From: a virus
Taxonomy: Duplodnaviria > Caudoviricetes
DNA length: 56,904 nt
Virus record (IMG/VR): IMGVR_UViG_3300024355_000518
Location: 1 to 56,904 of that record
Reading direction: 5' to 3' (one strand)
Under the pieces are notes generated by a model, which was given only the letters and a program-made list of their open reading frames with translations, was not told the DNA's origin and made no database searches. Below, piece after piece: positions 35,515 to 45,670 of this stretch. A program made the position numbers and the translations under genes. Within the stretch, counting starts at the first letter, position 1. Every line of letters begins with the position of its first letter.

Positions 35515-38500
35515 TGGCAGAGAAAAACGACCCATTTGCAGCGTATGTGGTAGAGCCGGAGAAGCCGGTTCAACCCGTGGAGCCTATTAAACCAACTACT
35601 CAAACCGACCCGTTTGCTGCTTATGTTGTTTCACCACAGGAACAAACGGACCCCTTTGCCAAATACGCCGTCGAAATGGAGCCCAACAAAGAGCGTTATC
35701 AAAAACTCAAAAAAGAAATGGACGTTTATGGTCCATTAGATTTAGTGACGTCGGAAGCAGCCGCTGCTCGAGGCGGTCGGATACTAACAAAGGTTACTAC
35801 TGAAGATGATATTAAAACGTTGGCTGATGAACATAAAGTAGACCCTGCCGAGTTACGCAGTTTGGCACCATATTGGATGACTCTGCCCGAGAATATGTCC
35901 GCTGCCGATGTAGCAAAGAGGATAGCCGGTGGAATAGGATACGGTATCTTTGGTGATATTCCCCAATGGTTGTACAAGAAAACGCAAGATGCTAATATGA
36001 GAGCCGCCCTTGACGACTTGAAAGAGTTATCAGAGGGAAGGATGGGAGCTGCTGAGTTCGTCGGCTGGAACTTGTTACCGGTAGGTAAGTTGGGGAAAGC
36101 TGTTACCGTACCAGAAAAAGTACTTCCCACCTTGGCCAAAGGTGTCGCTGTCGGTGCCGCCTTTGGGGTAGCCGGTTCCCGTGAGGGGCAAGAATTGGAA
36201 CAAGCCGGATTGGGTGCCGTTACTGGTGGTGCCCTCGGTCTAGCTGGCCTCGGCTTTAAACGGATGGTGAGTAAGGTGGAAAAGGGCGACCTCACTCCGA
36301 AAGGCATCGCACCGAAGGAAGATGTCACTATTAATGTAGACAAGGGTAGCGCTAATATCTCCCTAGAGTACGTCAAAAACAATGAGAGTAAGTTAGCTGA
36401 GATAGCTGATGACGCCTGGTCGAGAATAAAGGATAGTGAGACGAGTATAGCCGATGCCGCTATCAAGAAAAAAGCTCTCACCGATGATGAAGTAGAGAGG
36501 ATTATCAATGAACAACTTTCCCCCGACTCGGTACAAATTGTAAAAGAAGGGATGGCGAAGGCAGAAAAGAAATCCGCTGATGAGATATCCGATAAAGCCG
36601 TTGTTGATAAATTGATTGCCGATAGACGGGAAGCCTTTGCCAGAGAACTGGCCTCCGATTACAAGGAGTATGGGGAAAGAGTGAAGGAAGGGGGAGTATA
36701 TCGGAGTCCTATCACTGACGAGATATTGGCTCGCGCCTCTGGTATGGGCGATGAGCGGATGTACGATTCCTTCTTAGAATATGCTTATCGCAATACTGCC
36801 GTCCAACAGATAGACAAGTTAAAGATAAGGAATACTCCAGACAGTGCTCCGGTAGGAAAAATAATAGTAAATGGTATCAGTGATAGACAATTCGGTCTCA
36901 AGACGATAGATGAGATGCAAGGTTCTTCTACCTTAATTCCCTACTATCAACTTAACACCAATTACAATTTGTTCACTGGAGAAAAATCTCTTATAGAGAA
37001 ATTGTTATCTAACTCGTACAAGATAGCGAAGAGAAGTGATTTAGTAAAAGATGCCACTAATACGGTAGGAGGGGGCGGTACTCTTTTCCAAAAGATGGAT
37101 AGGGGATTAGATAATGAACTTTCTCCCGAAGAGCAAGCCGTAGCAGCTTCTTTACGAAAGATAATGGACGATGTATCGGACCGCGCCAATACCATGGAAG
37201 GGACCGGTATCACTCCACTAAAGATACAAAAAAGGGAAGACTTTGGTTTGCCCAATGTTATGGTAGACCAGGTAGATTACGTCATCAAGATGAGGCAAGC
37301 TAAAGATATAGCTAGTGCCGAGCTGCAAGAGAAAATGGGGAAGACGTTTGATGAAATAATCAGTGGAGAAGATTACGCTAAAGCGATGGAGGTGTCCCCT
37401 TCCTTTCGCGATGTCAATGCCGGTATCAGGCTATCAACAGATACCCCGATAACCGATGGCGCATCATTACGATTTGCTTTTAAAGAAGCTACCGAGAAGG
37501 GAGCTAGCAATCCTCGCCTCTATAGTGTAGCTTTTACTACATTGAAAAGAGAAGATAAAATACCCGACTTCTTGAGAGAGAAAAATGTTTTTAAGATAGT
37601 AAAGAAATATTCTGAAAATACTTTACGCAATGTTTATTTGAGGGAGCCTTTAGAGAAACTTATTACCCAGTCTAAGCTATTAAAAGCTGCTGGTAATAAA
37701 GCTGAAGCGGAATATGTGGAAAGGTTGGTAGCCGATAACTTAGGTATCAGGGCCAATTCAATGGCTCGTTTAGGTAATAGTGCTAGAATTAAGTTTGCTG
37801 AAGTGGTTGATAAAAGTCTATCTACTATCATTACCAATCCCGAGCAAAGGAAAAATGTTGTTGACAGTATCAGGCTGATGCCGGAACTGATGGCCAATAT
37901 CCAATACAATATTTACCCTAACGTACTTGGTATGAATCCTCGCGCCCATCTATCGCAATTACTACAAACATGGGCTAAGAACGCTCCCGAGATAGGGGGT
38001 ACATATGGATACTCCTTAACTGGGAAGTCCTTTTTACACGCCGTATTTGCCCTCCGGAGTGCTGGTAGTAGGGAACTCTATGATAAAGTAGCACAGTACG
38101 GACTGGAACCGAAGTCGTTTGTAAGGGAAGCTAGTGAGTCGGTAGCGGATAGTATGGAGAGATACATCCTCTTTAACACCGGTGCCAAAGCGATTAGGAA
38201 AGCTGCTGACATCTTTATGTACACCTACGGTAAGATGGATACCTTCAATCGTGGTGTCACCTTGTATATGGCGGAGAAGTTAACAGAGGATTTAAACAAT
38301 GGAGTCAAGGGAGCGATTGATGCGGTCAGCAAGATGCCGATATCAGTGAGGAGAGAGTTAGTGAGGAGGAAGGGCAATCTCAAAGAGCAAGCTTTTCTCC
38401 TCGCTCAACATTTAAACTCGACTACCCAATACAACTACAACCGTCCCTCGATGTCAGAACTGGGAGTTATTCTCGGTCCCCTGTTTTCCACCTTTACAAA

Positions 38501-38966
38501 ATGGCCCCTAGCTACCGCTGGCGATATTATTGCCGATTTAAGAACTAAGGGTATTGTGGGCGGCGGATTAAGAACGGTAGAGAAATATGGAGTCACCCTC
38601 CTCCTCGCTTCGATGATGGATAACGCTATCAGATACTCTCTCAGTGGCGAGCTCGATGTTGGTGGTGACTTTAAAGATTATGATGACGCTGTAAAAAAGA
38701 TAGTGGGAACGGGGGGACTCACCACTATGGCTCCCGGCTATTCGGTAGCAGCCCTTTTTCCCAAAGACAGGGAAAAGTCCTTCTTTACGCCGCCAGTGGT
38801 GGACGCCTTTTACAGCGGTATCCTAACTCCGATGATGACTGGCGATACCGAAAAGATGGCGGAGCAAGGAGCTCGGGTAGCCAAGACATTTATACCGGGA
38901 GCGTTTGTATATCGCTTCGTAACTGAAGATATCCCATTTTATGTGACTGGTGAAATACCAAGATAG
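35514..38966 (+). CDS. Large internal virion protein (positional T7 gp16 analogue)
   Basis: 1150 aa with N-terminal DPFAAY repeats, a Gly-rich hydrophobic segment and C-terminal TQYNY..LFSTFTKWP region. Confidence 0.65.
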   Translation: MAEKNDPFAAYVVEPEKPVQPVEPIKPTTQTDPFAAYVVSPQEQTDPFAKYAVEMEPNKERYQKLKKEMDVYGPLDLVTSEAAAARGGRILTKVTTEDDIKTLADEHKVDPAELRSLAPYWMTLPENMSAADVAKRIAGGIGYGIFGDIPQWLYKKTQDANMRAALDDLKELSEGRMGAAEFVGWNLLPVGKLGKAVTVPEKVLPTLAKGVAVGAAFGVAGSREGQELEQAGLGAVTGGALGLAGLGFKRMVSKVEKGDLTPKGIAPKEDVTINVDKGSANISLEYVKNNESKLAEIADDAWSRIKDSETSIADAAIKKKALTDDEVERIINEQLSPDSVQIVKEGMAKAEKKSADEISDKAVVDKLIADRREAFARELASDYKEYGERVKEGGVYRSPITDEILARASGMGDERMYDSFLEYAYRNTAVQQIDKLKIRNTPDSAPVGKIIVNGISDRQFGLKTIDEMQGSSTLIPYYQLNTNYNLFTGEKSLIEKLLSNSYKIAKRSDLVKDATNTVGGGGTLFQKMDRGLDNELSPEEQAVAASLRKIMDDVSDRANTMEGTGITPLKIQKREDFGLPNVMVDQVDYVIKMRQAKDIASAELQEKMGKTFDEIISGEDYAKAMEVSPSFRDVNAGIRLSTDTPITDGASLRFAFKEATEKGASNPRLYSVAFTTLKREDKIPDFLREKNVFKIVKKYSENTLRNVYLREPLEKLITQSKLLKAAGNKAEAEYVERLVADNLGIRANSMARLGNSARIKFAEVVDKSLSTIITNPEQRKNVVDSIRLMPELMANIQYNIYPNVLGMNPRAHLSQLLQTWAKNAPEIGGTYGYSLTGKSFLHAVFALRSAGSRELYDKVAQYGLEPKSFVREASESVADSMERYILFNTGAKAIRKAADIFMYTYGKMDTFNRGVTLYMAEKLTEDLNNGVKGAIDAVSKMPISVRRELVRRKGNLKEQAFLLAQHLNSTTQYNYNRPSMSELGVILGPLFSTFTKWPLATAGDIIADLRTKGIVGGGLRTVEKYGVTLLLASMMDNAIRYSLSGELDVGGDFKDYDDAVKKIVGTGGLTTMAPGYSVAALFPKDREKSFFTPPVVDAFYSGILTPMMTGDTEKMAEQGARVAKTFIPGAFVYRFVTEDIPFYVTGEIPR

Positions 38967-38975
38967 GAGATTATT

Positions 38976-39203
38976 ATGAATACTGTTATGGCAATGTTGG
39001 GAGCTGCTTTAGGGAAGGTACTCCTTTCCATGATGACGTCCCTCTTCACGGAAGCTTTTCTCAAGAAGGCAATCGTGTACGGATTGGAAAAATTGGCTAA
39101 AAAATCGCAAACCGATTTAGATGACAAGCTATTACAAGCTGCTAAAGAGGCTTGGGGAATGGCGGACAAGAAAGGAGAAGATGATGATAACGCAGTCGGA
39201 TAA
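38976..39203 (+). CDS. Small membrane-associated protein (possible lysis accessory)
   Basis: 75 aa, hydrophobic N-terminus, TDLDDKL motif, GGAG RBS. Confidence 0.55.
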   Translation: MNTVMAMLGAALGKVLLSMMTSLFTEAFLKKAIVYGLEKLAKKSQTDLDDKLLQAAKEAWGMADKKGEDDDNAVG

Positions 39204-39423
39204 GAGGAAGGCAAACCTTTCCATCTTGCAAAAACTTCGTCAACAGGGAGCACCGGTAAGGGAAGACAAGATGGACTCCATGTTTGATAGTATCTCTCCC
39301 AATGGGGAAGATATGGGAGACGAGGATGTCGGAGAAGAAGATATCGAAGATATCGAAACGGCTATGGGCGAGAAGGAAAAGAAAAAAGGGAAGAAGCTTA
39401 CTTCCCCTCCTTCAATTTTCTGA
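39181..39423 (+). CDS. Hypothetical protein (last + strand gene)
   Basis: AGGAG RBS before ATG 39181; basic-acidic-basic composition. Confidence 0.55.
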   Translation: MMITQSDKRKANLSILQKLRQQGAPVREDKMDSMFDSISPNGEDMGDEDVGEEDIEDIETAMGEKEKKKGKKLTSPPSIF

Positions 39424-39625
39424 GCAAGGTAAAGAGATAGTCCCTATTCTTTTCAGCCAAGTTAGTGGTATCGATAAGTATCGCTATCACTTTCTCCATC
39501 TCTTTTTCCAATTGCTCTACCCTCTCCTCTAAAGGAAAGTCTCTTTTAGAACTCTGCTTCTTTTTCCAACTCAGACTTACTACGTTGCTTATGGCTGTTT
39601 TGTTGTCGTCCATCTTCGTTCTCAC
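39398..39625 (-). CDS. Hypothetical coiled-coil protein
   Basis: Last gene of the minus arm; NVVSL motif and LEERVEQLE coil. Confidence 0.6.
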   Translation of the reverse strand: MRTKMDDNKTAISNVVSLSWKKKQSSKRDFPLEERVEQLEKEMEKVIAILIDTTNLAEKNRDYLFTLLRKLKEGK

Positions 39626-39779
39626 CTTTGGCCAAAATAGTGGCCAGTAGTTCTGCTCCTTTAACCATGTAATCTAATTGACCCTTTTCTCTTTCCACTA
39701 TATCTTTGAGCTTTTTTATAGCGTCTTTGATATTCATATATCTCTTCCCCATTATATCATTAGTTGGTGGTTTAAGCAA
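39546..39779 (-). CDS. Hypothetical protein (start probably 39737)
   Basis: ORF within the minus-strand operon. Confidence 0.5.
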   Translation of the reverse strand: MLKPPTNDIMGKRYMNIKDAIKKLKDIVEREKGQLDYMVKGAELLATILAKGENEDGRQQNSHKQRSKSELEKEAEF

Positions 39780-40170
39780 GTAAGGACAGTCGCACTGCCC
39801 ACCCTATCTCTTCTACCGACACCCCTTTGCGAAAGGAAACGTAGTAAGAGGGAATCATTAGTCCTTCTCCTGGCCATACCATATGACCGAAGGAGAGGCT
39901 ACCATACCGTTGGAAGGTGGGATTGTATTGTACTAATAATGGTTGACTTCCCCGTACATTAATAGTACAATCAGATATCACCTCTAAATGTTGGTTCGGG
40001 CTGGCTTTGTCCAGTTCCGTTCCATCATCTTTCATGAAGCACTTCACTGGTATCTCGACGTATTGGTAGCCGGGACCGAATTTCAAATTCTGATTGTTGT
40101 TAGGTGTTACCAGTCCCATGTAAGCTGTTACCCGGTTTCCCCTGATGAGGTTAAGGAATGCTGAATCCAT
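39772..40170 (-). CDS. Hypothetical beta-rich protein
   Basis: 132 aa, GGAG RBS. Confidence 0.6.
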   Translation of the reverse strand: MDSAFLNLIRGNRVTAYMGLVTPNNNQNLKFGPGYQYVEIPVKCFMKDDGTELDKASPNQHLEVISDCTINVRGSQPLLVQYNPTFQRYGSLSFGHMVWPGEGLMIPSYYVSFRKGVSVEEIGWAVRLSLLA

Positions 40171-40273
40171 TTTGCGTTCTCCACTATGTTGTTAATGATA
40201 TCTTGCTGACTACGATTCTTCACCAAACGAATATTATATGTTATCACTTGACCCAATTGGTTGACTACCACTT

Positions 40274-40606
40274 TCACGTCGTCTTCCCCTTCTCCTTTTT
40301 GGCAGAAACTTTCAGTTCTTGGGCTGCCTTCAGTAGTTCTTTCTTTGTTTCCCCTTTGGCCGATGCTGCCTTTAGCTGGAGGCGGGCACTCTCTTTGAGT
40401 AAGGCGTAATCGCCCCCTCTCTTATGCCCGTCTACGTAACTCTCCTTAGTAGAGTGTGGTATGGACCATACCCGTCTCACGCCGCGTTCCCCACAATTGT
40501 CGCATGTATAAAGGGTATCCCATTCTGATGCCAGTTCTCTCTCCACCAACTTGTCAGATTTGTTGGAGCACTTATCACATAAGGTATCAATACTCATCAG
40601 TCCCAT
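40274..40606 (-). CDS. Zinc-ribbon protein (FmdB-like)
   Basis: CDKC...CDNCG..VRRVWS.P pattern. Confidence 0.65.
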   Translation of the reverse strand: MGLMSIDTLCDKCSNKSDKLVERELASEWDTLYTCDNCGERGVRRVWSIPHSTKESYVDGHKRGGDYALLKESARLQLKAASAKGETKKELLKAAQELKVSAKKEKGKTT

Positions 40607-40875
40607 GATACTTTACCTCCCGTCATCTCTATTATCCATGTAGCTAATGATATAGCATCTTCCCTATTCATATAGTCAACCATAATGTGAAGCTTGTCCC
40701 GTTCCCTAGCCCACTCCGCTATATTTACATGATTTACCTTCAACATCAATTCCTTCTCCAAGGAAATAATTTGCTGTTTGATGCTATCCAATTTGCATAT
40801 CTTATCTTCCCGCTCCTTCATATGCTGTGTCGGGTTATCCATAACGTCTTTAACTTGATTAAAGTATTCCTTCAT
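40597..40875 (-). CDS. Hypothetical protein
   Basis: 92-aa ORF, coupled to neighbours, downstream of the promoter at 40927-40954. Confidence 0.6.
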   Translation of the reverse strand: MKEYFNQVKDVMDNPTQHMKEREDKICKLDSIKQQIISLEKELMLKVNHVNIAEWARERDKLHIMVDYMNREDAISLATWIIEMTGGKVSWD

Positions 40876-41387
40876 TTGTCCCCCATTGCAAAAAAGATTA
40901 TCTCATCTAAAGACACCATCAGTTTCTTATCGGCATTCTCTTCGTGATACTTGAGTAGGTGTTTTTTGGGAACGATGTAACCCAATGTAGTATAACCTTT
41001 ATTTTTTACAAGACACGCACGGAAACTTGATAAGTTTCCTTTGAGGAAGTCCACGAGGACGGCAGTTTGAAACACAAACAACTCGTCCGTACCAGGAAAC
41101 CAGTAGAGGTAGTAAGCAGCCCCATGGGCTGCGGATTGCCAAGGTCCACCGGGCTTCCCGGGCCGGTCGCCCTCCTCCATTACGGACCACCGTTCCATAA
41201 ACAAGTTGGTACTCTTGCTATAGAAGTCCGTCTTGAGTTCGATGATGGCGCGAGACCATTTTACTTGGAGGTCGCCTTTGCGGCCATCCGTTCTGACGAT
41301 GGCACCTTGACCATACTTCTCTAGGAAGTCTTTCTCGGCCTTCTTCCCCTTCTTGAGTTGGGCCGCCATCGAAAATGTCTTATTCAC
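40872..41387 (-). CDS. PD-(D/E)xK-type endonuclease
   Basis: E..F...GDL...IELKTD...NLFMERWS..KPGGPWQ pattern. Confidence 0.7.
   Translation of the reverse strand: MNKTFSMAAQLKKGKKAEKDFLEKYGQGAIVRTDGRKGDLQVKWSRAIIELKTDFYSKSTNLFMERWSVMEEGDRPGKPGGPWQSAAHGAAYYLYWFPGTDELFVFQTAVLVDFLKGNLSSFRACLVKNKGYTTLGYIVPKKHLLKYHEENADKKLMVSLDEIIFFAMGDK
40927..40954 (-). promoter_or_regulatory. sigma-28-type promoter, internal to the 3' end of the nuclease gene
   Basis: TCAAGTAT-N12-GCCGATAA (perfect -10), about 52 nt upstream of ATG 40875. Confidence 0.65.
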
Positions 41388-42813
41388 TGTCTCCCCCCTT
41401 CATTAAGCAATCTAAAAACCATTTCGGTAAGAGATGCCTTCCCTCGTTGTATAATCGCATAAAAGAATTGTCCAAGCAATATGTAACACCGTAATCCTTT
41501 TCGTGTCGGCTAACTCGTCCCCCAGCCTGTATCAATTTCTTTGCCGTCTCCCACAGATACCACTCATTATCTCGGGTAGCCAGTGCTGAAATGGCAGCAT
41601 CACCGAGACTGGGCCACGGAACCTTTAGTATTGCTTGCCACCGACCGGCATCATCTGGTAAATCAATTCCCTCATACATACCGCAAGCTATTAACACTGC
41701 TCCCTTGGTGGAGAGATACCTCTGATATACTTCTTTCTTATTATCCCTATCATGGAAAAGATATTGACTCCCCGTTAGATAATTCCTCAATATATCTGCC
41801 ATCTGATAAGTGACATGGAGTAATCCCCTTTCCCCGGCATGTCTGGGGTAAAGTACTTTGTCCACATAATTGGCCATTTCTCTAGCAGATTGTTCAATAT
41901 TATTCCATACCACAGTGCAAACGGGTTGTGCTATAAATGGTCTCCTCTCTGGCGGGATTGGAGATGGGCTATGTAAGTAAGCTACCTTCCTATCAGAAAG
42001 TCCTAACCCTTCCACATCTTTGAAGTTGATGGTAGCTGACATCAGGACTATCTTCTTGACATAATGGGGCCACATCTTTTTCCCTTGCTCCTTTACTGAT
42101 GTCGGAGTAAGGACTAAGCACTCCCTCTCTTCCGGCTCCCCCCTCTTGGTACCTTTACCATTGAATTCCCTTACTTCAACGGAGAGGGCGTAATCAGGTG
42201 ACCTACTTATTAAAGTGTTGTAGAGGAGGGATAGCTTGGTACCGTTTCTTTTCTTAGCCGGTAATGATTGTATCCATTTGAGTAGCCCATCCCGACTACT
42301 ATTGTTATACCTATAATCGTGCCGCCACAGTATCACCTCACCCAAGCTTTGTAACATTGGTATTAGTTGGTGAGCCTCGTCGACGACGAGGACATCGCGA
42401 TAGAGCCGGTGAGCCAAGTAGGCGTGATAGGTATATACTCCCGGTCCGTTTCGGTACTTAGCTCTAGCGAGCTCCGTACCGCATGTGCAGCCTCGACAAA
42501 AACCTTTCTTGATGGCTCTCACCTTGGGACAGGGTAACTGGCTATCTTCACACCAATAGGAATCTAAGCGACGAAGGGTTGACGTGTTAGGAAAAGCTGC
42601 CAAGAACTGGTCAACTAATTGATTAGTCGGTGCAATGTAACTAGCTTTATATGCAGCTTCCAACAATGTTTTCGAAACAGCGGTCTTCCCGAAAGCGGTA
42701 GGGGCCACTATGACAAAGACATCGTACTCATTCCACTTCTCCTCCAACAAGGTAAGAGTTTCCTTTTGAAACGACCTTATCATTGAGTAAGGGAAATGTG
42801 ATAATAATTCCAT
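41380..42813 (-). CDS. DinG/Rad3(XPD)-like SF2 helicase
   Basis: APTAFGKT, four-Cys cluster, VVDEAH, MSAT, EGIDLPD, KVPWP and QAGGRVSRH..DYG. Confidence 0.88.
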   Translation of the reverse strand: MELLSHFPYSMIRSFQKETLTLLEEKWNEYDVFVIVAPTAFGKTAVSKTLLEAAYKASYIAPTNQLVDQFLAAFPNTSTLRRLDSYWCEDSQLPCPKVRAIKKGFCRGCTCGTELARAKYRNGPGVYTYHAYLAHRLYRDVLVVDEAHQLIPMLQSLGEVILWRHDYRYNNSSRDGLLKWIQSLPAKKRNGTKLSLLYNTLISRSPDYALSVEVREFNGKGTKRGEPEERECLVLTPTSVKEQGKKMWPHYVKKIVLMSATINFKDVEGLGLSDRKVAYLHSPSPIPPERRPFIAQPVCTVVWNNIEQSAREMANYVDKVLYPRHAGERGLLHVTYQMADILRNYLTGSQYLFHDRDNKKEVYQRYLSTKGAVLIACGMYEGIDLPDDAGRWQAILKVPWPSLGDAAISALATRDNEWYLWETAKKLIQAGGRVSRHEKDYGVTYCLDNSFMRLYNEGRHLLPKWFLDCLMKGGDSE

Positions 42814-42831
42814 AATGACCCCCCAACATTG

Positions 42832-43011
42832 TTATCTATTCCTTCGCCTAATATCAGCCATCGTTCTCATATTATCTAGTCTGATGACAGAGATGTCCAT
42901 ATGCAGTCTCTTCATCACGTCAATCAGTTCTTGCAGTCGAATTGAAATAATGATAGTAGCTATCACTATCAGTACGGCAATAATTGCTATCATGATTTTT
43001 AATTCAAACAT
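42832..43011 (-). CDS. Small single-TM protein (59 aa, MFELKIMIAIIAVLIV...), not in the ORF track
   Basis: Translated by hand; AAGGA RBS; fills the operon gap. Confidence 0.6.
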   Translation of the reverse strand: MFELKIMIAIIAVLIVIATIIISIRLQELIDVMKRLHMDISVIRLDNMRTMADIRRRNR

Positions 43012-43171
43012 CTTTGTTTCCTTTCAATTGATATTCTTCAACTTGACAATCTTCTTCCCTTTTCCCCTCTTGTAATAAGGTAGCCCTTTTCTTATTGGCC
43101 TCCCTCTTACTAGACCAGATACTGTCAATGACACCTTCACTAAAGTCGTATAAGATGTACACCTTTTTCAT
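43004..43171 (-). CDS. Small hypothetical protein (55 aa, MKKVYILYDFSEG...), not in the ORF track
   Basis: Translated by hand; ATGA overlap with the upstream gene. Confidence 0.6.
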   Translation of the reverse strand: MKKVYILYDFSEGVIDSIWSSKREANKKRATLLQEGKREEDCQVEEYQLKGNKDV

Positions 43172-43488
43172 ATCTTGATACCTTCCCTCTCCAGTATCTC
43201 GTAAAACAGTTTCTCCAATTGAGATACCAATTCGGTAGCGACACCATAAGAATGGCCATCTATTTCTACCTTTACCTCATCTCCCTTTTCAATTAGAGAT
43301 TGAATACTTACCTCAGAGTAGCCATGCTTTCTAGCGGGGCGGAATACCAACTGACCAATTTCCATCAGCGCATATTGGTACTTGCTAGCATCTAATGCCA
43401 TCCGAAACTCGTCCCCTTCTTCAGGCAAATTAAATTCAATGATACCTTTAGCCATGTTTATAATTTCTCCCCCCGGTAAATTGTCCAA
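43168..43488 (-). CDS. Conserved hypothetical phage protein (start probably 43455, MAKGIIEFNLPEE)
   Basis: EFNLPEE motif is common in phage genes. Confidence 0.65.
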   Translation of the reverse strand: MDNLPGGEIINMAKGIIEFNLPEEGDEFRMALDASKYQYALMEIGQLVFRPARKHGYSEVSIQSLIEKGDEVKVEIDGHSYGVATELVSQLEKLFYEILEREGIKI

Positions 43489-43787
43489 TAGTCTATATCA
43501 CTAGGAGAACTATTCTCCCTCGCAAAGACTTTTAAAGCCGCCATAATATCCGACATAAGAGAGTAATCGATGTATATCTTCTTATTTCCCGACTTGGGAT
43601 TAATATATCTTATCTCATACCCATCTCCGGTATCTTCAATTGAAACTGTTATCTTATTGCAATAATATAGCGTTACCTTATTCTTGTCGTACGAAGCTGT
43701 TGTCGGCTCGTCTAAATCAGAGTGATGAAAGAAATACGTTTGCATATTGTCCCCCATAAAAATATAATTCACTATCTTACCGGACAC
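43458..43787 (-). CDS. Hypothetical protein
   Basis: ORF downstream of the RNR gene and of the promoter at 43840-43867. Confidence 0.55.
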   Translation of the reverse strand: MSGKIVNYIFMGDNMQTYFFHHSDLDEPTTASYDKNKVTLYYCNKITVSIEDTGDGYEIRYINPKSGNKKIYIDYSLMSDIMAALKVFARENSSPSDIDYWTIYRGEKL

Positions 43788-45664
43788 GCTCCCCCTTCAC
43801 ACTCCGATTCAATCGTACTAGTATCGGAGGAGAGACTGCTTATCGGTCTGACCTTAGCAATACTTGAGAGGTATTCGTCCTCACTAATTTCCTCATACGG
43901 AGCTTGCTTAAACCCGTGGTCGGAATGAAGTAAGAAGGAACATGTCTTCACCTTCTCATCATAATTCTTTTGTAACCATTCTCTGATGCCAGGCAACTCT
44001 TCCTTCTTGTAATATACCGTACATGAGACGGCATTATCTGACCAATTCTTTTGTAGCCATGATACCGTTTCCAGTTGTTCAATCGCGCTAGTAGTAGCAG
44101 ATAGTTGGGTACCTTTGGGGTAGGAGCAAGGAAAGGATACCACATACGTATTATTGTCAGGGGTACCGTCAAAGTTGTATTGGGGTTCGACATGGTATCC
44201 ATGACTGATACATACATTGAGTAAGGGACTATTGCTAGCTACCCTGATACGGCGAATGAAATATTGAGAATAGCCGGGATGACATCCTGGAGTAACTCCT
44301 GGTAACAGACTCATAGTACCGCTCGGCTTCACCGTAGTCAACTTGATGCTAGGGGGCCACCCCATCTTAGCCGAGTACTCCTTATCATATTCCCTTAGCT
44401 GTTCGTATACTGAAGGGAGCCACTCTTTTTGTTCTTTACTCGCCTGCATAAAGCCGGTGATACCAATACCCATTCTCATATTCTCGTGTACTACTTTCTC
44501 CGTTACTGGCTGATGGCAAGGTAACCGGAGGGAGTGTTTATTAATCTCATAAAGGGTAGCCGCTACCTTGAACAACTCTCCTTTTGACGATATGTTTGGT
44601 AAAAAGATTTCTGCCAAGCAGCATGTCTCCATATTGTTGAGGGACTGCTCAGCACATGGGTTAAATATCATGACACCCTTATCCGGGTATTGCGTCTCCC
44701 CAGTTCGGCCCATTGATTGGGCGAGGCGAAGATTGATGAGACCATACGGTTCCCCATTACCTTGATAGCCTAACCAAAATTGTTCAGGCAATTTATCAAA
44801 TTGATTACATACCACACTGTTGTTGCTCATCGCTCTCCAATTGGGGACATTACCCAAATCCCACCTCTTGGCGGAGAGATATTGCATATCGTCGTAATCG
44901 CCCAAAGCAATTTGCGCTGACCGTCTAACGTTACCCGCTACTACGATATATCCGATAATGTTCATGATGTCGAGAACATCAATCGGGTTGAGTTTCTTCT
45001 TTGCTCTTTTATTGAGGACGGAACATATCTTATCGATACCCCAACATAACTCTTCCGGTCCCGAGGCTAGCCCACCAAATCCCTTTATTGGAGCTCCCTT
45101 GCCTCTAATCAGAATAGTGGAGTAAGAGAATGACTTCCCCGTCTTAAAGTAAGATAACAATACCTGACGCAAGAGTTCGACCCATCCCTCTCTACTATCC
45201 GGTACAATGAAGTCGGCATCTTTGGTATCACGGCGGACAATATTGAGGGCACCTTTCACCTTAGGCAATTCGTATACATGTTCCTTTTGGATATTGTATC
45301 CCACTCCGCTCCCCAACATTAACGCGTCCATGGTCCATGTAAAGGGGTCGATGGGGCTATCGACTACTACTGCCGCACAATTTTGCAAACTAAAGAGGCC
45401 CAACCTGTCAACGGTATCGGTACCCAACTGCCACAGAAATCGACCAGCAACGGAGCCCTTCATATTGAGATGGATGTATCTGATATATTCCTTCTTCTCT
45501 TCAGAAAGATTCATTCTGAGTTGGGCATCGCACGCCGCTATAATCCTTTCCACCGTAGCAGGATACTCTTCAGTAGGAGAATTGATATCTGATTCCACTA
45601 ACCGTCTACTATACGTTCTCTTATACGTTAAATAACCCACCGGACCCCAAGGAATGTTTACCAT
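43772..45664 (-). CDS. nrdJ: Class II (B12-dependent) monomeric ribonucleotide reductase
   Basis: YKRTYSR, AGRFLWQLG, LQNCA, DSREGW, NPCAEQ, TTVKPSGT and C-terminal CEGGACPVR; no small subunit gene. Confidence 0.92.
   Translation of the reverse strand: MVNIPWGPVGYLTYKRTYSRRLVESDINSPTEEYPATVERIIAACDAQLRMNLSEEKKEYIRYIHLNMKGSVAGRFLWQLGTDTVDRLGLFSLQNCAAVVVDSPIDPFTWTMDALMLGSGVGYNIQKEHVYELPKVKGALNIVRRDTKDADFIVPDSREGWVELLRQVLLSYFKTGKSFSYSTILIRGKGAPIKGFGGLASGPEELCWGIDKICSVLNKRAKKKLNPIDVLDIMNIIGYIVVAGNVRRSAQIALGDYDDMQYLSAKRWDLGNVPNWRAMSNNSVVCNQFDKLPEQFWLGYQGNGEPYGLINLRLAQSMGRTGETQYPDKGVMIFNPCAEQSLNNMETCCLAEIFLPNISSKGELFKVAATLYEINKHSLRLPCHQPVTEKVVHENMRMGIGITGFMQASKEQKEWLPSVYEQLREYDKEYSAKMGWPPSIKLTTVKPSGTMSLLPGVTPGCHPGYSQYFIRRIRVASNSPLLNVCISHGYHVEPQYNFDGTPDNNTYVVSFPCSYPKGTQLSATTSAIEQLETVSWLQKNWSDNAVSCTVYYKKEELPGIREWLQKNYDEKVKTCSFLLHSDHGFKQAPYEEISEDEYLSSIAKVRPISSLSSDTSTIESECEGGACPVR
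43840..43867 (-). promoter_or_regulatory. sigma-28-type promoter inside the nrdJ 3' end, driving the helicase-containing cluster
   Basis: TCAAGTAT-N12-ACCGATAA. Confidence 0.65.
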
Positions 45665-45670
45665 AATACT

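Noticed and set aside
7708-39253. Many antisense or alternative-frame ORFs over structural genes (e.g. 8049..8663, 16011..16421, 35726..36508)
   Set aside because: They fully overlap well-supported genes, have no recognisable motifs and are explained by codon bias.
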